Part shown: piece by piece, positions 20,237-28,173 of the stretch | How the letters are laid out: each line of letters begins with the position of its first letter | How positions within the stretch are numbered: position 1 is the stretch's first letter | NCBI GenBank assembly: GCA_016182185.1 | Contig: JACOXU010000003.1 | Coordinates: 1-55,973 of the forward strand | Direction of reading: 5' to 3' | Origin: Candidatus Levyibacteriota bacterium | GTDB lineage: Bacteria > Patescibacteriota > Microgenomatia > Levybacterales > UBA12049 | Length of the DNA stretch: 55,973 nucleotides | Made by a program: the position numbers and the translations under genes | The notes under the pieces: model-generated | Told to the model about the DNA's origin: nothing | What the model saw: only the letters and a program-made list of their open reading frames with translations | Databases searched by the model: none

Positions 20237-21613
20237 ATGAAATATAAAGAAAAATACAAGGATTGCCTTGAATATATAGAATCATATTGGAATAAGATTA
20301 TCCGAAAACCTGCAAGGCAAAAGATTAACAATAATTTCATAACTATTCCCAATCACTTCCTTACTCCCAATGATAAAAAATTTTCCTATATATTTTATTG
20401 GGATAGTTTTTTCATGTTTAGAGGTCTGATGGGCACCAAGAAAGAGTGGCTTATGAAAGATATGGTGGAAAATTTTGTCTTTCTTTTCAACCGTTACCAT
20501 ATTATTCCAAACCTCAATTCTCATGCTGCCGTAAACAGATCCCAGCCTCCATTCCTGACTTCTATGATTCTTGATGCATATAAGACATTCAACAATGGTA
20601 ACGGTTCTCTTAAGGGCTTTTCTTTATTTAAGAATCTTTTACTTAGCCCTAGAGCAACATTTGGAAATATAAATTGGCTCAGGGAAAAAATGGAAATTGC
20701 CAAAAAAGAATATGATCAGGTTTGGAATAATAATACTCACTATAATCATTTTGTAAAAAAATATTCTTTAAATAGATACGGTGATAGAGATATAGGCTAC
20801 GCTCATTCATCAGAACTTGAATCAGGTTGGGATTTCACTTCGAGATTCTATAACAGATGTAATGAGTTCTTGCCAATAGATTTAAATTGTTATCTTTATA
20901 AATATGAGAAAGATTTCGAACTAGTCTCTTCGATGCTTGGAGATAAAGATGAAGCAGACTATTGGCAAAGTCTTGCATCGAAAAGAAAAAACATTATAAA
21001 TCGTCTGATGTGGAATGAAAAAACAGGTTTTTTCTTTGATTTTGGCCACCATTTTAACAGACAAAGTAACTTTTATTCCCTTGCGGGATTTGTACCTCTA
21101 TGGACAGAACTTGCATCTTTTGACCAGGCAAAAAAAATGGTATCAAATTTAAAACACTTTGAAAGTGATTATGGTCTTTTTATAACTTCTGAAAAATCCA
21201 TTCCGCCAAAGATAGATCTGTCCAAAATTCCAACTCGTTTCAGGCCTGCAATAGAAGAAATAGTTACAGGTAAACAATGGGATTTCCCCAATATCTGGCC
21301 GCCTCTTGAGTATCTTACGGTTATTGGGCTTTTGAAATATGGATTTATTGAGGAAGCAAGAAAAATCATGGAAAAATCCGTTGCTGCGCATGCCGGGATT
21401 TACAGAAAATATAAAACTTTCTTCGAAAGAATAGATGGGGCCACGGGCGATAAGCCCAAAAATTCTCAGTACCCTATTCAATCAGGTTTCGGCTGGACAA
21501 ATGCGATATTTTTCAGATATATACGGATTTTGGATGACTTGGAAAATGGAAAAAATATTTATACGTTCCCTAAGGAAGAGGCTCCGCCTTTTGATTTTTC
21601 AATATTGAATTAA
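20237..21613 (+). CDS. trehalase (glycoside hydrolase family 37)
   Basis: 458 aa. Motifs QPPFLTSMI, ELESGWDFTSRF, PNIWPPLEY and GFGWTN match GH37 signature regions. No signal peptide. Confidence 0.75.
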   Translation: MKYKEKYKDCLEYIESYWNKIIRKPARQKINNNFITIPNHFLTPNDKKFSYIFYWDSFFMFRGLMGTKKEWLMKDMVENFVFLFNRYHIIPNLNSHAAVNRSQPPFLTSMILDAYKTFNNGNGSLKGFSLFKNLLLSPRATFGNINWLREKMEIAKKEYDQVWNNNTHYNHFVKKYSLNRYGDRDIGYAHSSELESGWDFTSRFYNRCNEFLPIDLNCYLYKYEKDFELVSSMLGDKDEADYWQSLASKRKNIINRLMWNEKTGFFFDFGHHFNRQSNFYSLAGFVPLWTELASFDQAKKMVSNLKHFESDYGLFITSEKSIPPKIDLSKIPTRFRPAIEEIVTGKQWDFPNIWPPLEYLTVIGLLKYGFIEEARKIMEKSVAAHAGIYRKYKTFFERIDGATGDKPKNSQYPIQSGFGWTNAIFFRYIRILDDLENGKNIYTFPKEEAPPFDFSILN

Positions 21614-21624
21614 ACTTCCAAAAT

Positions 21625-21653
21625 TTGACAAAATTCTATGCGCGTACTAAACT
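21625..21653 (+). promoter_or_regulatory. near-consensus sigma70 promoter, leaderless geometry
   Basis: TTGACA 21625..21630, 17-nt spacer, TAAACT 21648..21653, then 9 nt to ATG 21663. Confidence 0.45.
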
Positions 21654-21662
21654 GGTATCAAT

Positions 21663-22370
21663 ATGGAAGGTTCAAGTGAAGCTCCGCCATCAGTAAAGTA
21701 TCGTACGGGTTTAAATGTAGGTGAGTTCAAAGAAAGACAAGCGGCGACAGAAAAACCCAAGCAGTCTTTACTGGCCAAAGCAAGAAATGTCGTTTTGGCT
21801 GGTCTTGGAATAGCAGGAGCGGGAGCCGCAGCCGAAACAACCGTACATCCTGCCGAACACATAGCCGACGCTGTTGTTCAAGGAGCAGAAGGAATAAAAC
21901 AGGCTGGAGAAAGATTGGTTGACTTACACAACGAAGATCCTGCAATCCGGCAGAAAAGTGAAGAGATCGCAGGTAAACTAAATGGGACTATTCCTCTTTT
22001 AGAAGGAGAAGGAATTGAAAAAATTAAACTCGTTCCGGCCGGTGCTACTTTTGAAGAACGCCAGCAAATGGAAAGAGACCAAACTCTCATCAATGTAAGA
22101 AATTATCCGGGAACAAATACACCTGACGGCAGGTTTAGTACTATTATCGAACAATTACCCCAGGGAACTATTATAGAACATGCAGTCTTAGTAAAAGGCG
22201 GCGTGCCTCATCCATCAAACCCTACTGACACTCAGGACTGGTGGGGTTTTATATACAGAAAACCTGGTGAAGATCCAAATGAGCCTGGCAAAATAGGATT
22301 TGCCTTTGGTATTTATGGTGAACCCGTTCAAGCAGAATCAGCACCTCCAATTCCTCCTACTCTTGAGTAG
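21663..22370 (+). CDS. hypothetical protein, possible C-terminal SH3b-like domain
   Basis: 235 aa and visibly G+C-richer than its neighbours. C-terminal pattern INVRNYPGT...GTIIEHAVLVKG...DWWGFIY...IGFAFGIYGE resembles bacterial SH3 domains (weak). Confidence 0.45.
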   Translation: MEGSSEAPPSVKYRTGLNVGEFKERQAATEKPKQSLLAKARNVVLAGLGIAGAGAAAETTVHPAEHIADAVVQGAEGIKQAGERLVDLHNEDPAIRQKSEEIAGKLNGTIPLLEGEGIEKIKLVPAGATFEERQQMERDQTLINVRNYPGTNTPDGRFSTIIEQLPQGTIIEHAVLVKGGVPHPSNPTDTQDWWGFIYRKPGEDPNEPGKIGFAFGIYGEPVQAESAPPIPPTLE

Positions 22371-22568
22371 TTATTTTCTTATGCTGCTGTGATTAAACGC
22401 TAAGGAAAATGGTCTTTTAAAAACTTCTGGTAAAGTTCCGATAGGTTTTTTAAAAACATCAGGAAGTGTACCGTGATTATTATTAAATACCCTTGGCAGT
22501 CTTCTTAGTTGCTCATTCTTTTTCATTTTTAATGGGCTGATTAAACCATAAATGATAATTAGTGTCAA
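22371..22568 (-). CDS. small hypothetical protein with tandem GTLP(D/E)VFK(K/R)P repeat
   Basis: 65-aa ORF overlapping the upstream gene stop by 4 nt. Its stop abuts the convergent gene stop (22370/22371). Confidence 0.3.
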   Translation of the reverse strand: MTLIIIYGLISPLKMKKNEQLRRLPRVFNNNHGTLPDVFKKPIGTLPEVFKRPFSLAFNHSSIRK

Positions 22569-23581
22569 GCATCTTCTTCTTTGAGGCGGACCAAATTCCG
22601 CCCTTTCAAATTAGCAAAAGCCATTCCTCTTAAAACTCTATCGATTTCAAGAGGCGGTAAGAAGTATTCATATAAAGATGAGCTCTGTTTTTCTCGTGAT
22701 TTTGATAAATGTGCAATTGGATAATATAGTGCTGACAGCATAAAAGGAATCATAATGGAAATTGTGTTGAAACTTCTTGTTGGAAGACTAACGCCAAGAA
22801 AACCCCACCAAGGAGCAGTTGTCCAAATAATTTTATATTGAAGGTTATCCTTCTGATTTGTTAGTTTTTCTCTAAATATTATTTTCCTCATTGAATCTCT
22901 AATTACTTGGTTAAATTTTGCTGTAAATCTCCTATCAAGCGGAGTTTTCGACTCCTGTCTTGATAGCCGATCCAAAATTTCCTCTCCGGGGATTTCTATT
23001 TTCCACCCCTCGGGGATCGGCTTGACCAAAGCTTTTGATCCATCTTCCTCGATTTCCTCGCCCCAAAACAAACCTCGCCTTTTGGTTACTGACCCATCTG
23101 CATTTACTCCGGCAATGCCTCGATTCCTATCCATAGGTACGTTTGTCAGCATAACCCGTCCTTGAATCGCCGCAACATCCAAAAGTCTGTCTGCATTGGC
23201 GCGGTTTAATTCCATTTGTTGACTAAATGGGCCATCATAAAGATTTATAAATCTTTGATTTGGAGTCGGTTCAAGATTAAACGGTTCCCACGGACTTATA
23301 TCCGGCCATTCAAATTTGGAACTATTTCTTGCAGATTTTCTTTCTCTTGCAAAGACCACACGTTCATTACGACTGTCGTTTTTTAGTCTTGCTTCTAATT
23401 CTGGGCTTTTGACCTCTATATTATTAGTATTTCCAGCCAAACCTTCGTCTATATTATCAGCTTGTGAAATACGAACAGCATCCACTCTCCCATGTGTATA
23501 ATTTTCGGGGGAGACGGTTAAACCTGGCTCAAATTCTTTATTAAGCATAGAATCAAAGGATTTTAGCAGTTTTAGATTCAA
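22565..23581 (-). CDS. hypothetical protein with C-terminal transmembrane hairpin
   Basis: 338-aa ORF with a TTG start at 23581 (alternative ATG at 23548). C-terminal hydrophobic segments WWGFLGVSLP... and ISIMIPFMLSALYYPIAHL. No recognised family. Confidence 0.5.
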   Translation of the reverse strand: MNLKLLKSFDSMLNKEFEPGLTVSPENYTHGRVDAVRISQADNIDEGLAGNTNNIEVKSPELEARLKNDSRNERVVFARERKSARNSSKFEWPDISPWEPFNLEPTPNQRFINLYDGPFSQQMELNRANADRLLDVAAIQGRVMLTNVPMDRNRGIAGVNADGSVTKRRGLFWGEEIEEDGSKALVKPIPEGWKIEIPGEEILDRLSRQESKTPLDRRFTAKFNQVIRDSMRKIIFREKLTNQKDNLQYKIIWTTAPWWGFLGVSLPTRSFNTISIMIPFMLSALYYPIAHLSKSREKQSSSLYEYFLPPLEIDRVLRGMAFANLKGRNLVRLKEEDA

Positions 23582-24376
23582 TATTCAACAAAAATGCTAA
23601 GCTCCTAAAAATATTGGGCATCCCATAGTAGGGGAGGGTATGATTTTTGGACCTTGGGATTTAACAGAGAATAAATACGGGAAATATAGGTACGCAATTA
23701 AAATTGTTAAATAATATGCACAAAAATTTGTACAAAAAAGACCACTTCTCCCATCCATCGTGCCTGAGTTATGTCGTAAAAGTATTATTGTACGACATAA
23801 TCACTTCCTCCCACCCTTGCACAAATACCGTAGATTTTTATAGACCTAACCATTTAGGGAAATAAGATAATCCATATAATGGAAGAAATAAGTCTTTGTA
23901 CTCTATCAGCGCAAAGAAAGTACTTTCTGCCATATCTTTATATAATCTTTACAACTCTCTCCTCTCTGTATCTTTGATAAGTCTTAGTTTAGCCCATTAA
24001 ATCAATCTAAATGTTAATTTTTAGCCTCAGAAATTGTAATTTTAGAAATATCAAAGGGCTCTATTAAGAGGAGAATGAACAAGCGTTCCACCGATTTAAT
24101 CGGTGTTCGTATTTATTTCAATTTGTAAGGATCTGTGGCTAAATATCCCTCTATTGTGTCTATATGCCCTCTGGGAGAAGGCTAAGTACGTATCCGTGAA
24201 AACTTAAGTTATAATATCGTGAAAATCAAAAGTTATCCACATCCGCCAGCTGGCGGCTGTCCTATAATATTTTCATCTACTATATCAAACAGTATCATCT
24301 ATGCATGGGTTAAAGCTTGAAAAAAAATCCGGCACTCGCCTCTCTCCCCTCTCCTGAGGATGGATAAAAATTTTAA

Positions 24377-25201
24377 TTATGTCCAAGGAGTAAATAGAAG
24401 TAACGTCACAAAAACAACTACGGCGATCCACATATATTCCCACAAAACCCCTTTAAATAGCCTCTTCTCTATCCAAACCTGTGATATTCCAACTGTTGCA
24501 TAGAAAATACCGGTCAAAAATAAAGCAAGAACCGTAGGAGTGGACGGCCAAAACCAAACTAATATCCCAATCTCGATCAAGCAAACCGTAAGACCCAGAA
24601 CCCAGTAAAGATTTGCGAAGACATTTTTATCAAGGGTATGAGTCCATAAAGAATGAATAATTAGAAGGAATGAATAAATAAGTAAAAATGGAATAAAAAT
24701 ATAGATATTAAAATGTAATGAAAGGACAACGTTTGAGAGAAAAAAATAAGAAAGAAGAGTTATGGTAAAAGAGACAGTTCTGGCTGATGTAAGAAGAGCA
24801 ATTGTTCTGATCGATGAAACAATAAATATGTTTTCGCTTAAAAAAAGCGAATATAAACCCAGTGCATAAAGCGAGGTGGTGGCTAATCTCGTCAAAAATC
24901 TAGCAGGAACTAAAAAATAAAATAGTCCAAACGCAAGACTGAAAAGAAAGGGCAATATAAAAAGCTGCGGAGAAAAATTTTCCTTAAGATCCCTATAAAG
25001 AATCAAAAGAAGAATAATATCCGTTAAAAAGGCCAAGGAAAAAACTGTATAAACACCTGATTTACCGAGTAAATTTTGGCTTATAAACAACCCCAAAGAT
25101 AAAACCAGTACTCCGGCAATTAATTTCTGCCGTTTACTGAATGTAGGAAAAAATTTAAAAATATGTCTTCGATTAAATCTAGTTTTTCTATTATTTGCCA
25201 T
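24377..25201 (-). CDS. polytopic integral membrane protein, unknown function
   Basis: 274 aa, almost entirely hydrophobic helices (about 8). Confidence 0.55.
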   Translation of the reverse strand: MANNRKTRFNRRHIFKFFPTFSKRQKLIAGVLVLSLGLFISQNLLGKSGVYTVFSLAFLTDIILLLILYRDLKENFSPQLFILPFLFSLAFGLFYFLVPARFLTRLATTSLYALGLYSLFLSENIFIVSSIRTIALLTSARTVSFTITLLSYFFLSNVVLSLHFNIYIFIPFLLIYSFLLIIHSLWTHTLDKNVFANLYWVLGLTVCLIEIGILVWFWPSTPTVLALFLTGIFYATVGISQVWIEKRLFKGVLWEYMWIAVVVFVTLLLFTPWT

Positions 25202-25228
25202 TTTATATTAAGTACATGAGTAAATTTA

Positions 25229-25987
25229 CTATTCGTCTTTAAGAGCTATAATTATATTTTCGGGGATATCGAAATTCGCATATACGTTCTGCACATCTTC
25301 GAGGTCTTCAAGCTTGTCTACGAGAGATAAAATTTTTTTTGCCATTTCAGGATCTTTTACCTCAACGGTTGTAGTACTGTTTTTTGTAAGCTGCGCATCT
25401 TGAACACTCAATCCTTTATTTTCCAGCGAATTTTTTATGCTATAGAGTTCATTGGGTTTCGTATAAATTTCAACCAGCTTCCCTGCCTCCTTTACATCTT
25501 CTGCTCCCAAATCTACTGCTACTTCGAAAATTTCATCATAAGTTTTATTTCCCCTAGTAATTGCAATTAGCCCCTGATCTTTAAACATCCAGGAAACTGC
25601 ACCTAAGCTTGCAAATGTTCCCCCGTTTTTTTCGAGTAAATTTTTGATCTCAGACGTTGTACGATTTTTATTGTCGCTCGCAGCTTTTATAACAAGAGCG
25701 ACTCCACCCGGAGCAAATCCTTCATAGACTACTTCTTCCAAATTCCCCGCTTCCTTTTTAAGAGCCCGCTGAATTGCTCTTTCGACATTTTCTTTGGGCA
25801 TGTTTACGGATTTTGACGCATCGATTGCAAGTCTGAGCCTGAAATTTTGCGTTGGGTCAGCCACCCCTCCCCCATCTCTCACTGCAATTGTTATAGCATT
25901 GGCAAGTTTGGTAAAAACTAAACCTCTTTTAACATCTGCTTTTTGCTTCTGTCTTTTAATTTGCGACCATTTAGAATGTCCAGACAT
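25229..25987 (-). CDS. yebC: YebC/PmpR-family transcriptional/translational regulator
   Basis: 252 aa. The N-terminus MSGHSKWSQIKRQK and overall pattern are diagnostic of the YebC family. Confidence 0.9.
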   Translation of the reverse strand: MSGHSKWSQIKRQKQKADVKRGLVFTKLANAITIAVRDGGGVADPTQNFRLRLAIDASKSVNMPKENVERAIQRALKKEAGNLEEVVYEGFAPGGVALVIKAASDNKNRTTSEIKNLLEKNGGTFASLGAVSWMFKDQGLIAITRGNKTYDEIFEVAVDLGAEDVKEAGKLVEIYTKPNELYSIKNSLENKGLSVQDAQLTKNSTTTVEVKDPEMAKKILSLVDKLEDLEDVQNVYANFDIPENIIIALKDE

Positions 25988-26153
25988 ATTAAAAAATTTC
26001 TAATTTCTAAAATGCGGGGAGATATAAAATTTTTGCAGTTTTCACTAGCAGGTTTATGAATCTAGTTTGGGTATTGAGTTTTTTCGCGCTGAAAACAAGA
26101 AAATTTTTGTATCGACCTCAGCATTTTAAGTAATTCTATTATACGTTTCCGTA

Positions 26154-26182
26154 TTGACTTTTGCAATAAATAATAGTAAAAT
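26154..26182 (+). promoter_or_regulatory. candidate sigma70 promoter
   Basis: TTGACT 26154..26159, 17-nt spacer, TAAAAT 26177..26182, then 29 nt to ATG 26212. Confidence 0.45.
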
Positions 26183-26211
26183 TTTCGTCATCTTTTGTAT
26201 TAAATCCTCGC

Positions 26212-26949
26212 ATGATATCACTTAAAGATCAAGCTATAAACACCGCACTAAACGGAGATTGGGAAAAGGCAATTTCTCTTAATAAAGCACTTGTCAAGGC
26301 AAATCCCAATGACGTAGATGCCTTAAACAGACTTGCATTTGCCCTGCATATCCAAGGCAAAACGCAGGCTGCCAAAACTACTTACCAGAAGGTGCTCAAG
26401 ATTGACGGGCTCAATTCTCTAGCCCTTAGAAATTTAAAAAAATTATTGGAATCAAAAAAATCAGGTAAGAATTTTACCTCAAATAATTTTTCTATTCAAA
26501 CTGACAATTTATTTCTCGAAGAACCGGGCAAAACCAAAATTATTGAACTTGTAAATATTGCCCAGCCCAATGTGATTAATATGCTCAGAACCGGTCAAAT
26601 TTTAATGCTTTGCGTAAAACGTTTGAAAATATTTTTACTTGCAGAAAACAAAATATTTGTCGGTATGCTTCCTGACAATATTAGTAAAAGATTGATCAAA
26701 TTTATCAAGGCAGGTAATGAATATAATGCGTATGTCAAATCCGCCAATAATAGACGTCTTGTTGTTTTTATAAAAGAAACAAAAAAATCTAGTAGGTTTA
26801 AGGATCAATTTTCATTCCTGTCGGGAACTGACAAGGCATTGGACTTTGATTCTTCAGCTAAATTAAGAGCAGGTAAAAGAAAATCCAAGCTCATCGAGGA
26901 AAAGGATGAAAATGATGGTCAAGATTATGATTCAGAAGACGAATCTTGA
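26212..26949 (+). CDS. TPR-repeat protein with unknown C-terminal domain and acidic tail
   Basis: 245 aa. N-terminal TPR-like repeats (GDWEKAISLNKALVKANPNDVDALNRLAFALHIQGK...AKTTYQKVLKID). Confidence 0.55.
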   Translation: MISLKDQAINTALNGDWEKAISLNKALVKANPNDVDALNRLAFALHIQGKTQAAKTTYQKVLKIDGLNSLALRNLKKLLESKKSGKNFTSNNFSIQTDNLFLEEPGKTKIIELVNIAQPNVINMLRTGQILMLCVKRLKIFLLAENKIFVGMLPDNISKRLIKFIKAGNEYNAYVKSANNRRLVVFIKETKKSSRFKDQFSFLSGTDKALDFDSSAKLRAGKRKSKLIEEKDENDGQDYDSEDES

Positions 26950-27089
26950 TCTTTATGAAAAATTACCCTTCCTTTTGAAAGTTCCTTTGCTGCCTTTTTA
27001 ATTTCCGATCTGGCGCTTTGACCTCGAAGCGAAAAAAGTGCCAGAACCACTGAGATCAAAAAAATTATAATTATTGCACCAATAAACAT
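26925..27089 (-). CDS. small single-pass membrane protein (54 aa)
   Basis: Hand translation MFIGAIIIIFLISVVLALFSLRGQSARSEIKKAAKELSKGRVIFHKDQDSSSES*. The ATG lies 1 nt after the upstream gene stop. Below the ORF-track size cut-off. Confidence 0.35.
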   Translation of the reverse strand: MFIGAIIIIFLISVVLALFSLRGQSARSEIKKAAKELSKGRVIFHKDQDSSSES

Positions 27090-27090
27090 A

Positions 27091-27891
27091 TTAGTATTTT
27101 ATAAATTTATTATAATCTTTTCCCACCCTGATAGTAATATCCCCTATCGTTTGCTTATTTTCCTGCGTATTAAATCGCAAAATTTTTTTCAATCTTTCAA
27201 GTGTATATACTTGCTCGCCTTTATAGAAAATGGCCGATTTTTCTTCTAAATTTTGCGAAGTTGAAACCAGTATAACATTGCCTCCTATATTGGTTAGAAG
27301 TCTTGCAATTCTGTTGCCAAGTCCGTATTCTCCAGCCGAATTAACTACCTCAATATTAATTTTTTCTTGTGCAATTTTTTCCTCCTCAAAAACTTCTGAC
27401 AGTATTTTATCTCTTTCAGCTTCGTCTAAATTTATTGATAAATTTTCTTCTTTTATACTCTCTTCTTTTACCGTTATTAGGAAAATCCAGAGTTTCACAA
27501 TATCAGCCGTATTAAGATCTGACTTGGTATCTCTACTATTTAAGACTGCACTTGAAAGCAACTGTTTTATATCATTGTTGAAATTTTTGCTGTCCGTTGA
27601 AATATGCGCATCAAGAGGTATTTCAAGAAACTTATATATATCAATCTCTCCCCTATCCCCCTCAATCCTAAGTACTGAAATTGAACCCTTGTCAGGCGAA
27701 AAAGATAATACCTTAATATTTTTATTGTCCCAAACTAATACATTGAATTTATTATCGCTGTCGAATCGACTTCTCCCTATCAATAGAATCGTTTTATAAA
27801 CTAAAGAGGCAAAAACAATAAGCGCAATGAATGCAAAAAAAATAATGGCAAACTTTGTATTTTTGCCAGATAAATCTTTCTTTTTTTTCAT
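27091..27891 (-). CDS. membrane-anchored LytR_C-domain protein
   Basis: 266 aa. N-terminal TM, and a C-terminal IEVVNSAGEYGLGNRIARLLTNIGGNVILVST...AIFY pattern typical of the LytR C-terminal domain. Confidence 0.55.
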   Translation of the reverse strand: MKKKKDLSGKNTKFAIIFFAFIALIVFASLVYKTILLIGRSRFDSDNKFNVLVWDNKNIKVLSFSPDKGSISVLRIEGDRGEIDIYKFLEIPLDAHISTDSKNFNNDIKQLLSSAVLNSRDTKSDLNTADIVKLWIFLITVKEESIKEENLSINLDEAERDKILSEVFEEEKIAQEKINIEVVNSAGEYGLGNRIARLLTNIGGNVILVSTSQNLEEKSAIFYKGEQVYTLERLKKILRFNTQENKQTIGDITIRVGKDYNKFIKY

Positions 27892-28031
27892 TAGTAATCT
27901 TTTTTCTTTTTGGAAATAATCTCAGGCATTGTAATTGTGGGAGAAAAAACTGAAGGATTAGATATGCTTTTTTCTAAATCTTTCTTTTTCTTTTTCTTTT
28001 CACCTTTATAAAATCCGCCAAACTTCCCCAT
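27891..28031 (-). CDS. Lys-rich microprotein (46 aa), speculative
   Basis: Hand translation MGKFGGFYKGEKKKKKKDLEKSISNPSVFSPTITMPEIISKKKKDY*. Its stop overlaps the downstream ATG (TAATG). Confidence 0.25.
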   Translation of the reverse strand: MGKFGGFYKGEKKKKKKDLEKSISNPSVFSPTITMPEIISKKKKDY

Positions 28032-28050
28032 CAATAATCACCATCCCTTG

Positions 28051-28107
28051 CCCGCCGAAGCCTTCTTGACCTTCGAAGTTTTTAACGAAGGAGGTGGCGA
28101 AGGCGGG
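28051..28107 (-). other. GC-rich imperfect hairpin between rluD-like gene and downstream ORFs
   Basis: Basal stem cccgcc (28051..28056) pairs with ggcggg (28102..28107). Apical stem ccttcg (28070..28075) pairs with cgaagg (28086..28091). Conspicuous in an AT-rich spacer. Confidence 0.4.
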
Positions 28108-28173
28108 TTTATATATAAAACTATATCAATAATTACTCATAAAAACAACCATCACTACGACCTAAGTGAAAAG

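Noticed and set aside
23716-23865. A 49-aa ORF (MHKNLYKKDHFSHPSCLSYVVKVLLYDIITSSHPCTNTVDFYRPNHLGK) in the orphan gap, with two SHP(S)C motifs. It was considered as a possible RiPP-like precursor.
   Set aside because: There is no ribosome-binding or promoter context and no neighbouring modification enzymes. The repeated motif is simply the translation of the direct repeats flanking a DNA hairpin.
24134-24256. A chromosomal origin (oriC), suggested by a perfect DnaA box TTATCCACA (24233..24241) in the 795-bp non-coding gap.
   Set aside because: Only one perfect and one single-mismatch box were found by eye. No dnaA or dnaN is nearby, there is no obvious AT-rich 13-mer array, and the flanking gene orientation is convergent-like rather than divergent. 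It is kept only as a detail of the orphan-gap finding.
27230-27799. A 189-aa plus-strand ORF opposite the LytR_C-domain gene.
   Set aside because: It is Ser/Leu-rich low-complexity sequence with no start context. The minus-strand protein has a recognisable TM plus LytR_C pattern and operon context.
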